Assembly: GCF_009914755.1 (NCBI RefSeq)
Contig: NC_060939.1
From: the human T2T-CHM13v2.0 reference genome, Homo sapiens
Length of the DNA stretch: 64,000 nt
Direction: 5' to 3' (one strand)
Position numbers and translations under genes: made by a program
Shown here: piece after piece, positions 33,292 to 48,750 of the stretch
How the letters are laid out: each line of letters begins with the position of its first letter
How positions within the stretch are numbered: the first letter of the stretch is position 1
Notes under the pieces: model-generated
Database searches by the model: none
The model's input: the letters and a program-made list of their open reading frames with translations, nothing else
Told to the model about the DNA's origin: nothing

Positions 33292-34122
33292 AGGAATGCA
33301 TTTTTAAGACATAGTCAAGTACCCAGGAGACTTGGATATAAATGGTCATTGCTGGCTGCTGTCTCACTTTCTCACCTGATAGTACAACTCACTGAGAACT
33401 CTGGCTTATTTGTCTTTGAATCTGTAGACCATAGCACACGGTAGCTACCACATATTAAAAAGATATGGATTGCCAAGCACTGTTTTTCCTTGTAACAGCC
33501 CTATGTGGTATTATCCCCATTTTAAAAATAAAGGAAATGGAAGCTCAGAGAGTTTAAATAGCTTGTCCAAAGCCACGCAGTGGAGCTGGGATTCTAACTC
33601 AGAACCATCTGACTCTAAAGATAATATATATAATCTTCAGGCCAGGCTGTCTAGGTGCTCAGTAGATTGTGTTGAATGTAAAAAAAAAAAAAAGGAGGAG
33701 GGTAGGTGTTAGGAAATAATTTACGGAGGAGAGGTGGCATTTGAACTGGATTGTAAATAAAAGTAAGATTCGGATGTGGTGAAATGGAGAGGGGTGGTGC
33801 TGAGGGGCAGAGTCTTCAGACAAAAGGGATAATCTATTTAAAAAGAAAAAAGAAAACCAGAGGTATAGACAGAGTGAAGAAGAGTTCTGGTTTTCTTCCA
33901 TAGGATGCAGTTGAAGATAGTAGAGAACATGGTGTCAAGGTAATTGGGGTGTAGATTGTAGAGGTCCTTGAATGCTAGTCTGAGGTGTATGGACTTGACT
34001 TTGGAGGCAAAGTCAATCCATCAGACTTCTTAGTAAGAAGGACCAAGAAATATGGACCTAGAATTTGGAAGAAAGTCAGGGCTAATGATGTCTTGAGGAT
34101 GCTTGCCTAAAACTCACAGTAA

Positions 34123-34482
<360 letters not shown>

Positions 34483-34559
34483 CGCCTGAGAGCATTTTTA
34501 AATGAACTGTAGGCCTTGACTATAGGAGCATAATTGTGTCTCAGTGTCCCTGGTAAACA

Positions 34560-35092
34560 CTTCTTTCCCCACTCAGTATTGGTCGCAAAGAAAGAACATC
34601 CAATTGGAAAAGGCAATCGGGTTTTATTCCCTGGCCAGAAAACGGAGAAGGTGAGCTCTTGTGCTAAATGTACTTTCTCCCCAAGCAGTAGAAGGCATAG
34701 GGGGACTAGGTGTGGGGCGGGAAAGGAATGTGAGCATGTATGGGATGGGACTCCAGACGTGAAGGTGCTATCCATGAACATATGCCTTCATATATTATAT
34801 GTGCATGAAATGGCAGGGATTTTCTTTCAGGGGAGGGAGTTTTAGCATTGTAAAGATATGCTGATGATCTAAATGCAAATAGGAGTCACCTATTCCAGTT
34901 TGTGCTGGTTTTGCGAGGTCTTCCTCTGGTATCTGGTCAGGGGTCAAGAAGCTCTGGTGCCATCTCGAGCCATCTGGTTTCTTTAAGCAGCTGTGCCTAT
35001 TGATAAAGGAACTAAAGAAAAACAGTTAAAAAAAAACAAAAACAAGAACTAAGGACCTTTCCCGGTTATTTCATCAGGGCTGCCCTGGTAAC
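34560..35092 (-). mobile_element. Probable ERV solo LTR, family not identified
   Basis: ttttatt (AATAAA on -) near the left end, ...ggtaaca terminus and LTR-like internal composition. Confidence 0.4.
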
Positions 35093-35799
35093 ATCAATAT
35101 TCAGAAAGAATGGCAAACATAAGCTGCCAAACAGATGACACCTTAATGGTGTCATTGCTTTCTCTTGACATTTGATTGTCATCTAGATTCTGAAAAACCC
35201 TTAGAAAATGAACACCTTATGATTTCTTTAAAAAATCAGTGTTTCCATTTGTGTCAGTTTCTGTCTTGATCTTTTCTGACACAAAAACTTTAAAACTTAA
35301 ACTGCACTCCTGGGCATCTTCAGCGGTCTCAGCTCCCCGCCGTCACCAAGCATCTCTCTCCAGGGAGGCCTCCTTTTCCAGGGTCATCACCGGGGTTAAA
35401 ATACATCACTTTAGCTTCATCTGCCATAGCGTCAAAACTTTGGAAACTGTTTCTCTTCTAATTTAGTTAAAATATCTACCACCGTTTACTGAAATAATTA
35501 CACGTTTACACCAGATATAACAGCTTTCTTTCATCACAACAGTTACGTCTTTTAGTTTTGCATGTTTTAGAATTCATATCAATGAAATAATACGCATTTT
35601 TTCACGATACGGTTTTCTTTTCTACATAACATTAGATTCTTGAGATAATTTATATCGTAGACCATATAGTATTCCATTGTGTGAATAGAGCAGGATTTAT
35701 TTATCCATTCTGGTAATGATGGACATATTTCATTATTACAGACAGTGCTGACTTAAACTTATATATGCTCCTTGTGCAGATGTGTACGTTTCTCTAGAG

Positions 35800-35945
35800 C
35801 AATGGCTCTGAAACTTGACCGTGCCTCAGAATCACCTGGAGGGCTGTTTAAACACGGATTGCTGGGCTCCCACCCCATTGTTTCTGATTCAGGAAGTGCG
35901 GGGTGGGTCCCCATAATTTGGAGTTCTAACAAGTTCCCAGGTGCA
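35800..35945. mobile_element. MER5A
   Basis: cagaatcacctggagggc...gattgctgggctcccacccc...ttctgattcag...tctaacaagttcccaggtg. Confidence 0.8.
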
Positions 35946-36369
35946 GTGATCTATTAATTTCAGAACTAATTGCTTCAGAGTCTAGCTCTAGCTGCAGAAT
36001 TGCTGGAGTGAAATAGAGAATGCAAATTCCTCTTTAATTTGTAATGCTAGACTGTTTTCCTATCAGCAGTATGAAAGAGAGTTGTCAGACTTGAATTTTT
36101 GCCAGTCTGGTGGGTGTTAATGATTTCTTATTATGTGGCTGAAAGAGGAAATCTAGATGCCTTTTTATTTTCCATGTTAACCTTTGCAGAATATATAGGG
36201 CTTGCCCACTTTAAATAAAGACTGTTAACCAGTACACAAGATACACAGACAACATACACACAGAGGTAGTGTTCCCCAGAAAAAACCTGGTGGTGCTGAT
36301 CAAATTCAGTGCCAGTTGCCTAAGAAGCATTGTAGATAATTACTGTGATTTTAAATATTTTTCTTTTCT

Positions 36370-36690
36370 TTCTTCTTCTTCTTTTTTTTTTTTGCTCTGT
36401 TGCCGAGGCTGGAGTACAGTGGCATGATCTCAGCTCACTGCAACTTCCGCCTCCCGGGTTCAAGTAATTCTCCTGCCTGAGCCTCCCGAATAGTTGGGAT
36501 TACAGGCATGTGCCTCCCGAATAGTTGGGATTACAGGCATGTGCCACCATGCCTGGCTAATTTTTGTATTTTTAGTAGAGCTGGGGTTTCACCATGTTGG
36601 CCAGCTGGTCTCAAACTCCTGACTCAAGTGATCTGCCTGCCTCGGCCTCCCAAAGTGCTGGGATTACAGGCATGAGCCAGAGCGCCTGGC
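36370..36690 (-). mobile_element. AluS with an internal 31-bp tandem duplication
   Basis: Antisense Alu; gcctcccgaatagttgggattacaggcatgt occurs twice (36481, 36512). Confidence 0.92.
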
Positions 36691-37125
36691 CATGATTTTA
36701 ATATTTTTCCATTGCTCTTTTTCAAAAGGATCCGAGGAAAAATTCCACTTTAGTGAGGAGCCTTGTTTAAACAGAAGATACTCCTTTTCATTGAAGTCTC
36801 TCTTTACTCGTGCAGAAGGCTCACTGGGAAAAAGCTGGCTGGACATCACAGTAATTTTATTGTATTCCTCAGGGAAGCTGCCTGAAAGCCAGATCTTAGG
36901 CGACCTTTTATTGAACAGGTTTACATTCTAGACAAGAAGCTGTGGCAGTCAGTCCCCTGTTCCGCAGTGTTGCTTTTTGAGTGTGTCAAGGCCCTGTTTC
37001 TGTCAGGTGGTGTTAAACTCTCTTGCTGAGGTGTGGTGGACACCCCGAGAGCCCGTGCACAGTGCCAGGGTCCTCAGTGGTTCTGATACCTGTAGGAGTG
37101 ACACTAATGGTCGGCTCTCTTTCAG

Positions 37126-37253
37126 CTTTCATGACGCTGGTCATTATCTTGCTGCATGTATTCTGGGGCATTGTATTTTTTGATGGCTGTGAGAAGAAAA
37201 AGTGGGGCATCCTCCTTATCGTTCTCCTGACCCACCTGCTGGTGTCAGCCCAG
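37126..37253 (+). CDS. APH1B: APH1B coding exon 5 (128 nt; AFMTLVIILLHVFWG...LLTHLLVSAQ)
   Basis: Branch point ctaat, ctttcag|C acceptor, CAG|gtgagt donor; the two conserved APH-1 transmembrane histidines are present. Confidence 0.97.
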
Positions 37254-37953
37254 GTGAGTGTTGCCGCCATGCTCAGACTGTATTCTGGAACTCAAGTCTA
37301 TGTATCTAAAATGGTAAATTCTACTCTAGATGAAATACACGCTCATGAGAACATGAGGAAATTCAGAAAAGCTATTTAAGTGAATGAATGAGTCATGTAA
37401 GTCTTACCACAAAAAGACCACCACTATTAATTTTTTGGTGTGTCTTATTGAAATATTTTTTTCCCTGCTGTTTATTTGCAGTGATTTGTCTCTCTCTAAC
37501 CTAGGTCAGTTTGGAAAACTGTTCATTCTCTGTGACAGCTGCGTGGAAAAGTTGCGTATTCCAGACTCGGCACCATGACTGGACCTTATTCCTAGCTCTC
37601 GTATAACACATGTGTCCTTGGCTAGCATATTTTATTTAATATAGTTTTTATCTCTCTCTCTCTGTTTCTAATTAGAGTATGATAATCAAGGATGGGGCCT
37701 TATCTTCAATCTTCGTATCCTCAATTCATGGCACATAGTAGGTGGCCAGTAAATGTTGGTGTATATTGAATAGTTGATACTATTCTTTTTAATGATTAAA
37801 AGGAAAGAACCTAGGAAGTTTGAAAAGTATATACCAAAATGTTCATAGTAGTTCTCTGTCAGTGGCAGATTTCAGAGAATGATTACATAATTGTTTTATT
37901 AAAATAACACACCTACAGAAAAGCACACAAATCAGAAATGTACATCTTGATGA

Positions 37954-39141
<1,188 letters not shown>

Positions 39142-40396
39142 AAGGTTGAGCAAGTCTTCAGATGTTTATTGGCCATTCGGATAATTCTTTTTGAAGTGCC
39201 TGTTCAAATCTTATGCCTATTTTCTTTTTGATTTTTAGGAGTTCTTTATGTTTTCTGTAAAAGAAAAAATCTTTTGTCAGATGTATGTATTGCAGATAAC
39301 TTCTGTGGCATGGTTTGTCTTTACATTCTCTTAATGTCTTTCGGTGAACAAAAGTTCTTAATTTTATATAGTCTGATCAGTTTTTCTCTTTATGGTTTCA
39401 CTTTTTGAGCTTTTTAATAAATATTAACCTAGCTGAATTTTAAGTTTTAAAATTTGTTCTATTTTTCTCATTTTTGGGTTGTAATTTTCTACAACAATCA
39501 TGTATTGCTTTTGTAATTGTTTAAAAGAGGAAAAATGTTTTTTAAAGAAGAGAAGAACAATACAAAACAGTGCAGCACTCTGTAAAATGAGTTAAAATTC
39601 AGTGGATTTGAGGTATAGAATTATTGTGAAGAATAATCTAGAAAATGCTCAATGCCTGCCATGCCCACGGAGGCCTCTTGAGAAGAGCAGTCTTTCTGCA
39701 TAAGGTGCTACCTGTAAAATCTACCACTTTCTTCAGGCCTTCTTTGACAGCCCTAAGGAGATCACCTTGTTTTTACCCATCCTAGCCTCATCGCAATTAT
39801 AATTATGCTGTCCTAGCATTCATCACAATTTGTGACTAATTGTTTCTTCATTCATTACCTGCCTCCCTTACTAGTACAGAACCTCCATTAGGATAGAAAC
39901 TTTGGTCTCACCAAGGTGTACACAGTACCTCTCAGCATTCCATTAGTGTTCTTTAAATGAATACACTTTTGGAACCCACAGCAATTGTGCAACTGAAAAA
40001 GACTATTCCCTCATGTTCCCTTGAGTACTAAGGATTCATACTAAAGTAATTTGGAGTTGTCTCACTTTCTTGCAAATTCTAAGAACCAATTTAACACAGA
40101 AATGAATAGAAACTAGTTACACGACATGCATCTTGTATTGTATATTCCATTAGGTTCTGCCTAATGACTGCCTTCTAGGGTTACCATCTGAATACAGCAA
40201 AACACGGGACCCACAGTATCTGCTGACCAGCTTAGTTCTACATGCCTCAGGGCCTTAACGCATGACACACATCATACGTTTGGTGAAACACACCCAAGTT
40301 CTTGAAAGTATTCCATGCTTCCCTTTATCTTTGGTTATTCCACATGTTTAATAAGCTTGCTGTTATTACCCAAGCTGATTTATTTTTCTTTTGCAG

Positions 40397-40564
40397 ACCT
40401 TCATAAGTTCTTATTATGGAATAAACCTGGCGTCAGCATTTATAATCCTGGTGCTCATGGGCACCTGGGCATTCTTAGCTGCGGGAGGCAGCTGCCGAAG
40501 CCTGAAACTCTGCCTGCTCTGCCAAGACAAGAACTTTCTTCTTTACAACCAGCGCTCCAGATAA
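40397..40564 (+). CDS. APH1B: APH1B coding exon 6 (168 nt; TFISSYYGINLASAF...NFLLYNQRSR*)
   Basis: ttttgcag|A acceptor, stop TAA at 40562-40564. Exons total 113+171+71+123+128+168 = 774 nt = 257 aa + stop, the length of APH-1B. Confidence 0.98.
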   Translation, partial: TFISSYYGINLASAFIILVLMGTWAFLAAGGSCRSLKLCLLCQDKNFLLYNQRSR

Positions 40565-40666
40565 CCTCAGGGAACCAGCACTTCCCAAACCGCAGACTAC
40601 ATCTTTAGAGGAAGCACAACTGTGCCTTTTTCTGAAAATCCCTTTTTCTGGTGGAATTGAGAAAGA

Positions 40667-40672
40667 AATAAA
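40667..40672 (+). terminator. APH1B: Proximal polyadenylation signal candidate
   Basis: AATAAA ~100 nt after the stop codon. Confidence 0.6.
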
Positions 40673-43600
40673 ACTATGCAGATATGCGTTCCATTCACTT
40701 GGCTTTCACACAACTGCTCTCCGAAAGGGGTGCTCAGTGGTGTGCGTCCTGGCTGCACGAGAATCACCTGGGACAGTGTAAAGCCGACTGATTCTGGGCT
40801 CCACCTTCCAGAGCTAATTGGCCTGGGCACGTGGTGAGTTTTAAAAGCTTCCCAGGTGATTCTGATGTGCAGCCATGTTGAGACCCACTGGTTTGGTATC
40901 CAAATAGGAGCTTCCTGAGAACACCTTAAGTGGATGAGAATCTGGTCTTTAGCTGTCTCCTAACTCAACTCGTGCTGAGCAAGTAAGTATCTGAATGTCA
41001 AATCCTGGTTATCGTTTATCTTCCTAAGTTCTGAAGTCACAAAAGGCTAAAGGGCTATCACCCCTGCTCACTGTTTGCGTGTACTTCACCATCTTAGGAG
41101 AACACGGTAGGTTGGGCTTCTAAATGCAATAATAAATTACGCTGACTGTGGTAACTTAGCCAAAGTAAGATACTGATTAAGCCGTATTTTTCTGAAGTGC
41201 TTCCATTCCAGGTTTTGCTTTCTGAGGCATTACATTGTTTTTGAGTATAGATTACATTTTATTAACTAAAAATGATTGTTTTGTGACTTCCTTGGGAAGG
41301 TATTTTAAAATCAGGAATTTTTATGCAATGTCTATAAGCCTGTTTAAAGCTTTCCATGGGCTCTGCCCCAAGGCCGTTGGCTGCAGCGTTCACCATCTGA
41401 GTGCCAGTTGCTGGACTAGTTGAGGTGAAGTGCATTGTTTTCTCTCTGAGCAGCTGTGCGGGGAGCTGAGTGATGTGCCCTGGGACAGGCTTCACTGGAG
41501 CTGGTGGAAGTATAACCAGAAGCACAAGGAAATGAGCCAAAAGGGTGTCATTGACACTTTTCATTTGCTCCTGTGATACTAACAACACTTTCACCCAAAT
41601 GGCTTAATGTAATATTGGAAATAGATCTTAAACTGCCAAATCTCACACTATTGCATAATCCATATGCTCTTTAGATCTAGTCAGTGTCTCTGGGTTTTGG
41701 TAGCAGATACAGCGTTCCCTTTACAGGAATACCCAAGGTGTTCTTTCAGCTTCCAGACAGGTCCTTTGATTTCCTTTATAAAGGGAAAATTCTGGCAAAT
41801 CGTGCCTTTACTATTAGAAATTGTTCCCAGTTGATGTCTTTTGGGGAGCTGGTGGCATGAAATGCAAATGACCTATACATTAAAGTGATGTCTCAGTGAA
41901 TACCATACATGCAGTAGAACATTCAGAAGAGAGGAGCAGCAATCCTGAGGGGCTGGGGGAGTGACAGTGGCAGGACGGATGGGCGGGTTTGACAGATTGT
42001 GGTGGGAAGAAGAATGATCATGTTTAAAGCTAACATAGCCAGTGTTTTGGGCTAGCCACACATCATTCCAGAGACCAAAACCTTACTCATGAACTAGACC
42101 TTTATCGATATCAGTGAACCCCCATGTTTAAAATATTAGAATGTTTAGAGATAAAATAGAGATAATAGAGATAAAAGAAGAGGAGGGCTTCTATCAATGC
42201 TGTAAACAGTCTGATAAGCGACTGTGGTTATTCCCCTAAAGTTTACTTCAGCACTAACACTAGTGCTTCCGCTGGAGTTTGCAGTTTTCCAGCTTTATAC
42301 AGGATTTTCCTTTGACTGGAAGAGTCAAGGATATAGAGACTCAACAGTGACATTTATTGTACAACATCAAGGGGAATAGGATACTCATCAAACTGGGATT
42401 ATTCTTATCAAAACATGGTCTTCTTTGAATAAGAAAAATACATAGTTGGTTATTATGGACTTAAAACTGTGTTAAATGGATATTCTGATAAAATATTTGC
42501 TGCTCTGTAGAGTGTGGAAAATCTGAGAATATTAGCTTTACTCATCTTGAGCTTTGAGGATGTTCTCTGTACGCCGATGGTTTCATATTAACTAAAAAAG
42601 CTGGGTATTGTAAAATCTCATTTATAAAAACTCAGATGAGAAGAAAATTTTCTTTGATGGTGAGACTGTTGTCTTAGTTCAGGAAATTATTTAATAATCC
42701 TTTGTTACCTGTGAATGAAGGAACTTTGTAATTCTGATTTATCGTAAAACATGAGCCTTTCCAGAGTCAGCTTAGACACTGTTGTCGCAAATAGCCATGC
42801 TTTGCCTTATGCCAAGGAGGCCCAGAGGGAGGGCCTAGTCTTCCTCTGTTGCTGTACATATATTGAAATGCTTTTTTTTTTTTATTTTGCATTTGTTATC
42901 TATAATGAGCTTTCTGAGCCCTGATATTATGTGAGACAAACAGGAGTTATTGATGTTATACACTCCCTTCCATTCAGGATTTTCTGCTTGGAGGGAAATA
43001 TGTTGACCTTAGAGAATTGTGAATATTGTTGCAATTCTTGAATATATTACCATGTGAATAATAGAGACTGTGTTGCTCTCTAGTATAAGCTATATTTATT
43101 TTTGATTCATTTGAATTACTAGTTATAACTGGAGAAATTTTGTTACCTCTATCCTGGCTTGCCTGACTGGCTGTATAATAGCAGCAGCCTCTTTTAGAGC
43201 ATCTTAATGAAAACATGGATGAAAGGAATTAATGATGATATCTGCAGACTGCGTAGAAAATGGCTTTTGTTCCCAGCGTTAACATTTTCTTCTCAATCAC
43301 ATTTCAATGTTTGTGGAGAGTGGCAGATTCACACCAGAAACACTAGGTGTTCATATCCATAGCATGGATGCAGAATAAGCAGTTGGGAGAGAAGCTTCTT
43401 CCTACCTGGTACTCCTCCCATTCACCTCAGCCCAGCCCCAGACAGGCGTTAGCATTCAGTGTGGGCCCTCAGGCAGCCCTGAAGCCTGGCTGGGTCATCA
43501 GATGGGGGCAGCCTGTGACGGGCACTAGCGGCCTGATTCCAGGGAAGAGTTCCTGGAGGGTGTTGGCTGTTTTTGTTAGCTCAGTTTTTTTCTGGGCTCC

Positions 43601-43882
43601 ACCATTCCTAACTCCAGGTAGACAAGATAGATGTCACACACAACAATTTTAAAGTATTTTGCTTAGTGCATTTTGTTTATGATTGCAGTGTTTGTTTCTT
43701 ATTTAATAGGCTTTTTACTTCATTCTATTAAATTTTAGTGTTTAGAAGAGGCGGGTACTGTCACTGTGTAAAATATGTAATATTTTATATGTTATACCAT
43801 GTCATATATACTTGCAATATCAGACCTTGCATTCAATATACAATGCAATTGACTCTTTGCAGACCTGCATTTTTCAGTGAAC

Positions 43883-43888
43883 AATAAA
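43883..43888 (+). terminator. APH1B: Distal polyadenylation signal
   Basis: AATAAA with upstream TGTA motifs and downstream ttcctgtgtttcctgttctgtg. Confidence 0.75.
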
Positions 43889-45702
43889 AAGATTGTCTGG
43901 CACTCCTCATTTCCTGTGTTTCCTGTTCTGTGGAATGGTGTATCCTTCAGTATGTTACTACCGTGTTTTGTCTCCTTATGAAACTTGGATGTACATTCTG
44001 TTGTTTATGACTGATCAGTTCAGAGACTTTTTTCAAAGAGAAATTCTTTATCTGATTTAAAACTCCTAAGGCTTATTTCATATCTGTGTGTTTAGGAGTA
44101 GTTTGGTTCAGAGCATTTCCTTGAGGTATCTTAAACCAAGCCGGGGGAATCCTCAAAGATCCTGGAAGCTTGCTTTGCAAAATCTCCTAATTGTAAAATG
44201 GTGAATTTAAAGAATGTTTGTATAATAGTGGCTAAGGATTGGAGTCCGGTGAAGAGGAGAGTACAATTTAGCTTTTACCTGGTGATTCTGAGTAGCCTAT
44301 AGAGTCCTTTTCTCTTTCTTTCCCTTGGTGAGGAGACAGTGCAGCTAAAGGGTTGAGCTTGGCCCTTGCCATCAGACAGGATACATAGGGGATTATGATA
44401 CGATACTCAAAACCATTTGATGCTTGTTCACTCTGGCTTGAAATGAGGCTGTTGCAGGCTATGTTGATGACGTTATTGGATGAAACGTTCTCAGGTCCCA
44501 AGGGCTCTTTGCTTCTAACCTGTAAACCAGTGGAAGAGGTGGGCATTCCTCAGGTATCAGCCCAGATTCCTGTACAATTTCATTGGCCCTTAAACACTGA
44601 ATTTTGGTTCTAATTTAATTGTTACTTGTTTGGCATTTAGTTGGAATGGAGATTTCCCTATGACCAGCCTCAACACATGAGAAACCTCTAATGGAAAGAA
44701 GTGCATATTTTACTTTCACCTCTTTGAAAATGCTGAATAGAAGGAACCTCTGGACAGGTTGTGGTCCCAGTCTCAATAGAAGAATTAGATACATTGTAAG
44801 GTGACCATAATAGATTATGAGTCCCAAGCAGATCCTGGCTTTAATGCTCAATTAATTTATAAGTGGTACTTGTTGCCTCAGTGTGGATCGCTGTAAATCC
44901 TTCTAGCTACTAGTAAAATTACACATTTTTTAGAGCTTGCACAAAATCAGATGAAGTTTACAGTGCTTATTCAGGGCTTACCATGCACAGAATACTGCTT
45001 AGGCACTTCAAAAGGATGGAAAAGAACGAGATGGTGGGGATCTTTGTCCTTGGAAAACATATAATCTAACTGCACAGATTAAAACACCTAAGTATTATTT
45101 TAAGGCAACTACAAAATGCACTACAAATTATGGAATAATATAGAATAGCTTGACTACTAAGATGATGCTTAATTTAGAAGTGGATGAAGGGCACTGGGTA
45201 GTGGATATAGATAGGTGATAGCTGAGGACTGAACCCTGGGGGCAGTCAATTGAAAGGTTGGAAAGGAGAGAAGAAGGAAGGAAAACCAAAGGAGTGCAGT
45301 GGCTTGACAGCCAGTGGGGAAAGGATGTCAAATGCTGCTGGATAATGGGTAAGAAGAGGAGAGAGAATTGATTGTTTTGTATGGAGAGATGGAACTTGCT
45401 GGTGATCTTGATAAAAACAAGATGGAAATCAGAGTGAACACCTGAATAGAATGGATTGTACGGAACAGGAGATGAGGAAGTAGACACAGCATTGAGAACA
45501 CAGGTATTGTAGAGCAGTGGGATGATGAACCTAAGGAGGATGTGGGGGAAAGAGAGTTTTTTTTTCTTTTTTTCCTTATGATGTAGACTGTAACTGTAAC
45601 TGCATGTTTATGTTAAGATAAGAATGACTCCATAGAAAGGAAAAAATGACGTAGGAGAGGGATAGGATAGTTGCCAAAGCAAAGACCTGAAAGAGGGAAT
45701 AG

Positions 45703-46700
<998 letters not shown>

Positions 46701-47969
46701 GAAAATCTGCATATCCTTCTATGTCTGCAGACTTTGTTTTTTCTTGCCTCTTAATATGCCTTGTAATTATTTGTTGAAAGCTAGACATCGCCTCTTGGGT
46801 AATAGGAACTGAATTTTAAAAGCCTTGAGTGTAAATTTTATGTTAATCTAGGTAGGAGTTGGATTATATTTAATGTTTGCTGTGGCTGTTAGTGCCAGAG
46901 GCTTCGAATTCCTCTGGTGGTCTTGTTTTTGTCTCCCCTTTTGACTGTGGAGTTCCCTCAGTGCCCCTTTTCAGAGAAAGCCTGTGTCTTGCAACTCGTT
47001 CAGCTGTAATCCACTGTAAATTAACACTAGAGCCCTGTTGGTATGGCAGTGCGATGTGGAGGAGGGGACATGTATAATAATAAAATTATAATAATAAAAT
47101 CTAAATCTCAGTATTTTCATGGGCCTGAATCCCTGGGCTGAGAGTTTCTTAACTTTTTCCCCCTTAGATAAGACAGGAAGCTAGAAGGTGGCTGGAGAAG
47201 AAAGGTAACTTTCCCCAGCTGGGTTACGGCTTTGGTAAAGTCTTTTTCCTTGGAGAGAGGCTTTTGTTGTGGAAAACACTCTGGATGTATTTTACAATGA
47301 AGACAGTATTTCTCACCCTTACACTAGTCCATACTCAGACTCCAGCAATTTGTCAACATTAGCATTTAAGTGTTACTACCAGTTTATGGCTCCAGCAGCT
47401 TGCACTCCAGGTAAGCAAATCTCAGCTGTGACTCTGGATTCACCTCTCTCTCCAGATTTTGGAGTGGTGGTTTACCCTGAGACCTCAGTTCTCTGATGGG
47501 TTCAAAAGAATTGTTGATTTTTCCATTTGCTTAGCTTTTTCTTGTAAGGATGGGAGTGATGGCTTCCAAGCTCTTTATATGTTAGAGCTAACTGGACATC
47601 CTCTGTATCTATTAAATACGTTGAATTTGTAGTTTTTATAAAGAAAACAATTATTAAAATGTATATGTTTATAGGCAATATAGAATCACTATTACACATA
47701 ACTTTTTGTTCTGTAACAACTAAACAAAATGTCATGATTGAAATTTCAATTCTCCATATTAAATGGCTATATACACACTATGAAAGAATACCTGGTATGC
47801 CAATATTTAAATTTTTTGATAATTTATCAAAGGGATAACTGAACTTGTGTCCTGTTAATTTACCTAATCTAGATCGGATTGATAACAGTGCCACTCGCAG
47901 GGAATAAAGTTGTGTGAAATGTTTCTGTTTATCCTACTAGATACCAACATATATCACAAATCTGCACTC

Positions 47970-48750
47970 ATGGATATGAATGTAGAGTTTCAGAACAGGC
48001 CCGGGTATATATGGGAATTTCATTTATGGTAAAATTGGCATTTTAAGTCAGTGGGGAAAGCATATGTTATTCAATAAATGGGTCTGTTTGATCATTTATT
48101 TGATTATATTTGGGAAAAAAAAGCAAAGCTAAGTTTTTACTTTCACTTATTTAAACATATTAAAGATTCAAATGCAAAAAATAAAACCATAAAAGAATCT
48201 TTTAAAATTAGAATAGTTTTATAGTCTAAAGGAGGAGAGCTTTTCTCTACATTTCACTTAGGCTACAAACTACAAAGAGGAAAGAAAACAGATTTGACTA
48301 CATACAACTTTAAAACTGCAGTGCAAAAGACATTCTAAACAAAGAAGACGGGGAGAAATATTTTTGACATATATAGAATTGTCACCTATAATATATAAAA
48401 AGCTTCTATAATTAAAAAAATTAATGATACAGTAAAAAGAGATCAAAGCATATAAACAGATAATTCACAGAAAAAATGCAAACAGTCAATAAACATAAAA
48501 CAAAATGCTAAACCACGAATAATAAAAGCAAAACAAGCAAATAATTTTGGACTATCAGATTATCAAGGGTGAAAAGGATTGATAATAACAAGGATTGTTG
48601 AGCATATGGTAGAAACGACATATTATGAAAAAGGATATTAGTACAACCCTCGGGTGGTAATTTAGCAGAATCTGTTACATTTATGCAGTTTTGAGATGTG
48701 CATATTTTGAACCAGCAAATTCCTCTTCTAGGAATTTGTCCCATAGAAAT
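47970..48750 (+). mobile_element. Old L1ME-type 3' fragment
   Basis: cagtggggaaag...tattcaataaatgg; atttgactacataca; caaattcctcttctaggaatt. Confidence 0.7.

Larger units (their letters stand above)
40565..43906 (+). other. APH1B: APH1B long 3'UTR (includes a MER5-like remnant ~40735-40892)
   Basis: Follows the stop codon, is Alu-free, and ends at a canonical PAS with a U/GU-rich downstream element. Confidence 0.75.

Noticed and set aside
37096-37125. In-frame alternative acceptor 30 nt upstream of exon 5 (tgtag|gagtg)
   Set aside because: The pyrimidine tract is weak, and the branch-point motif (ctaat ~37104) lies downstream of it, favouring 37126.
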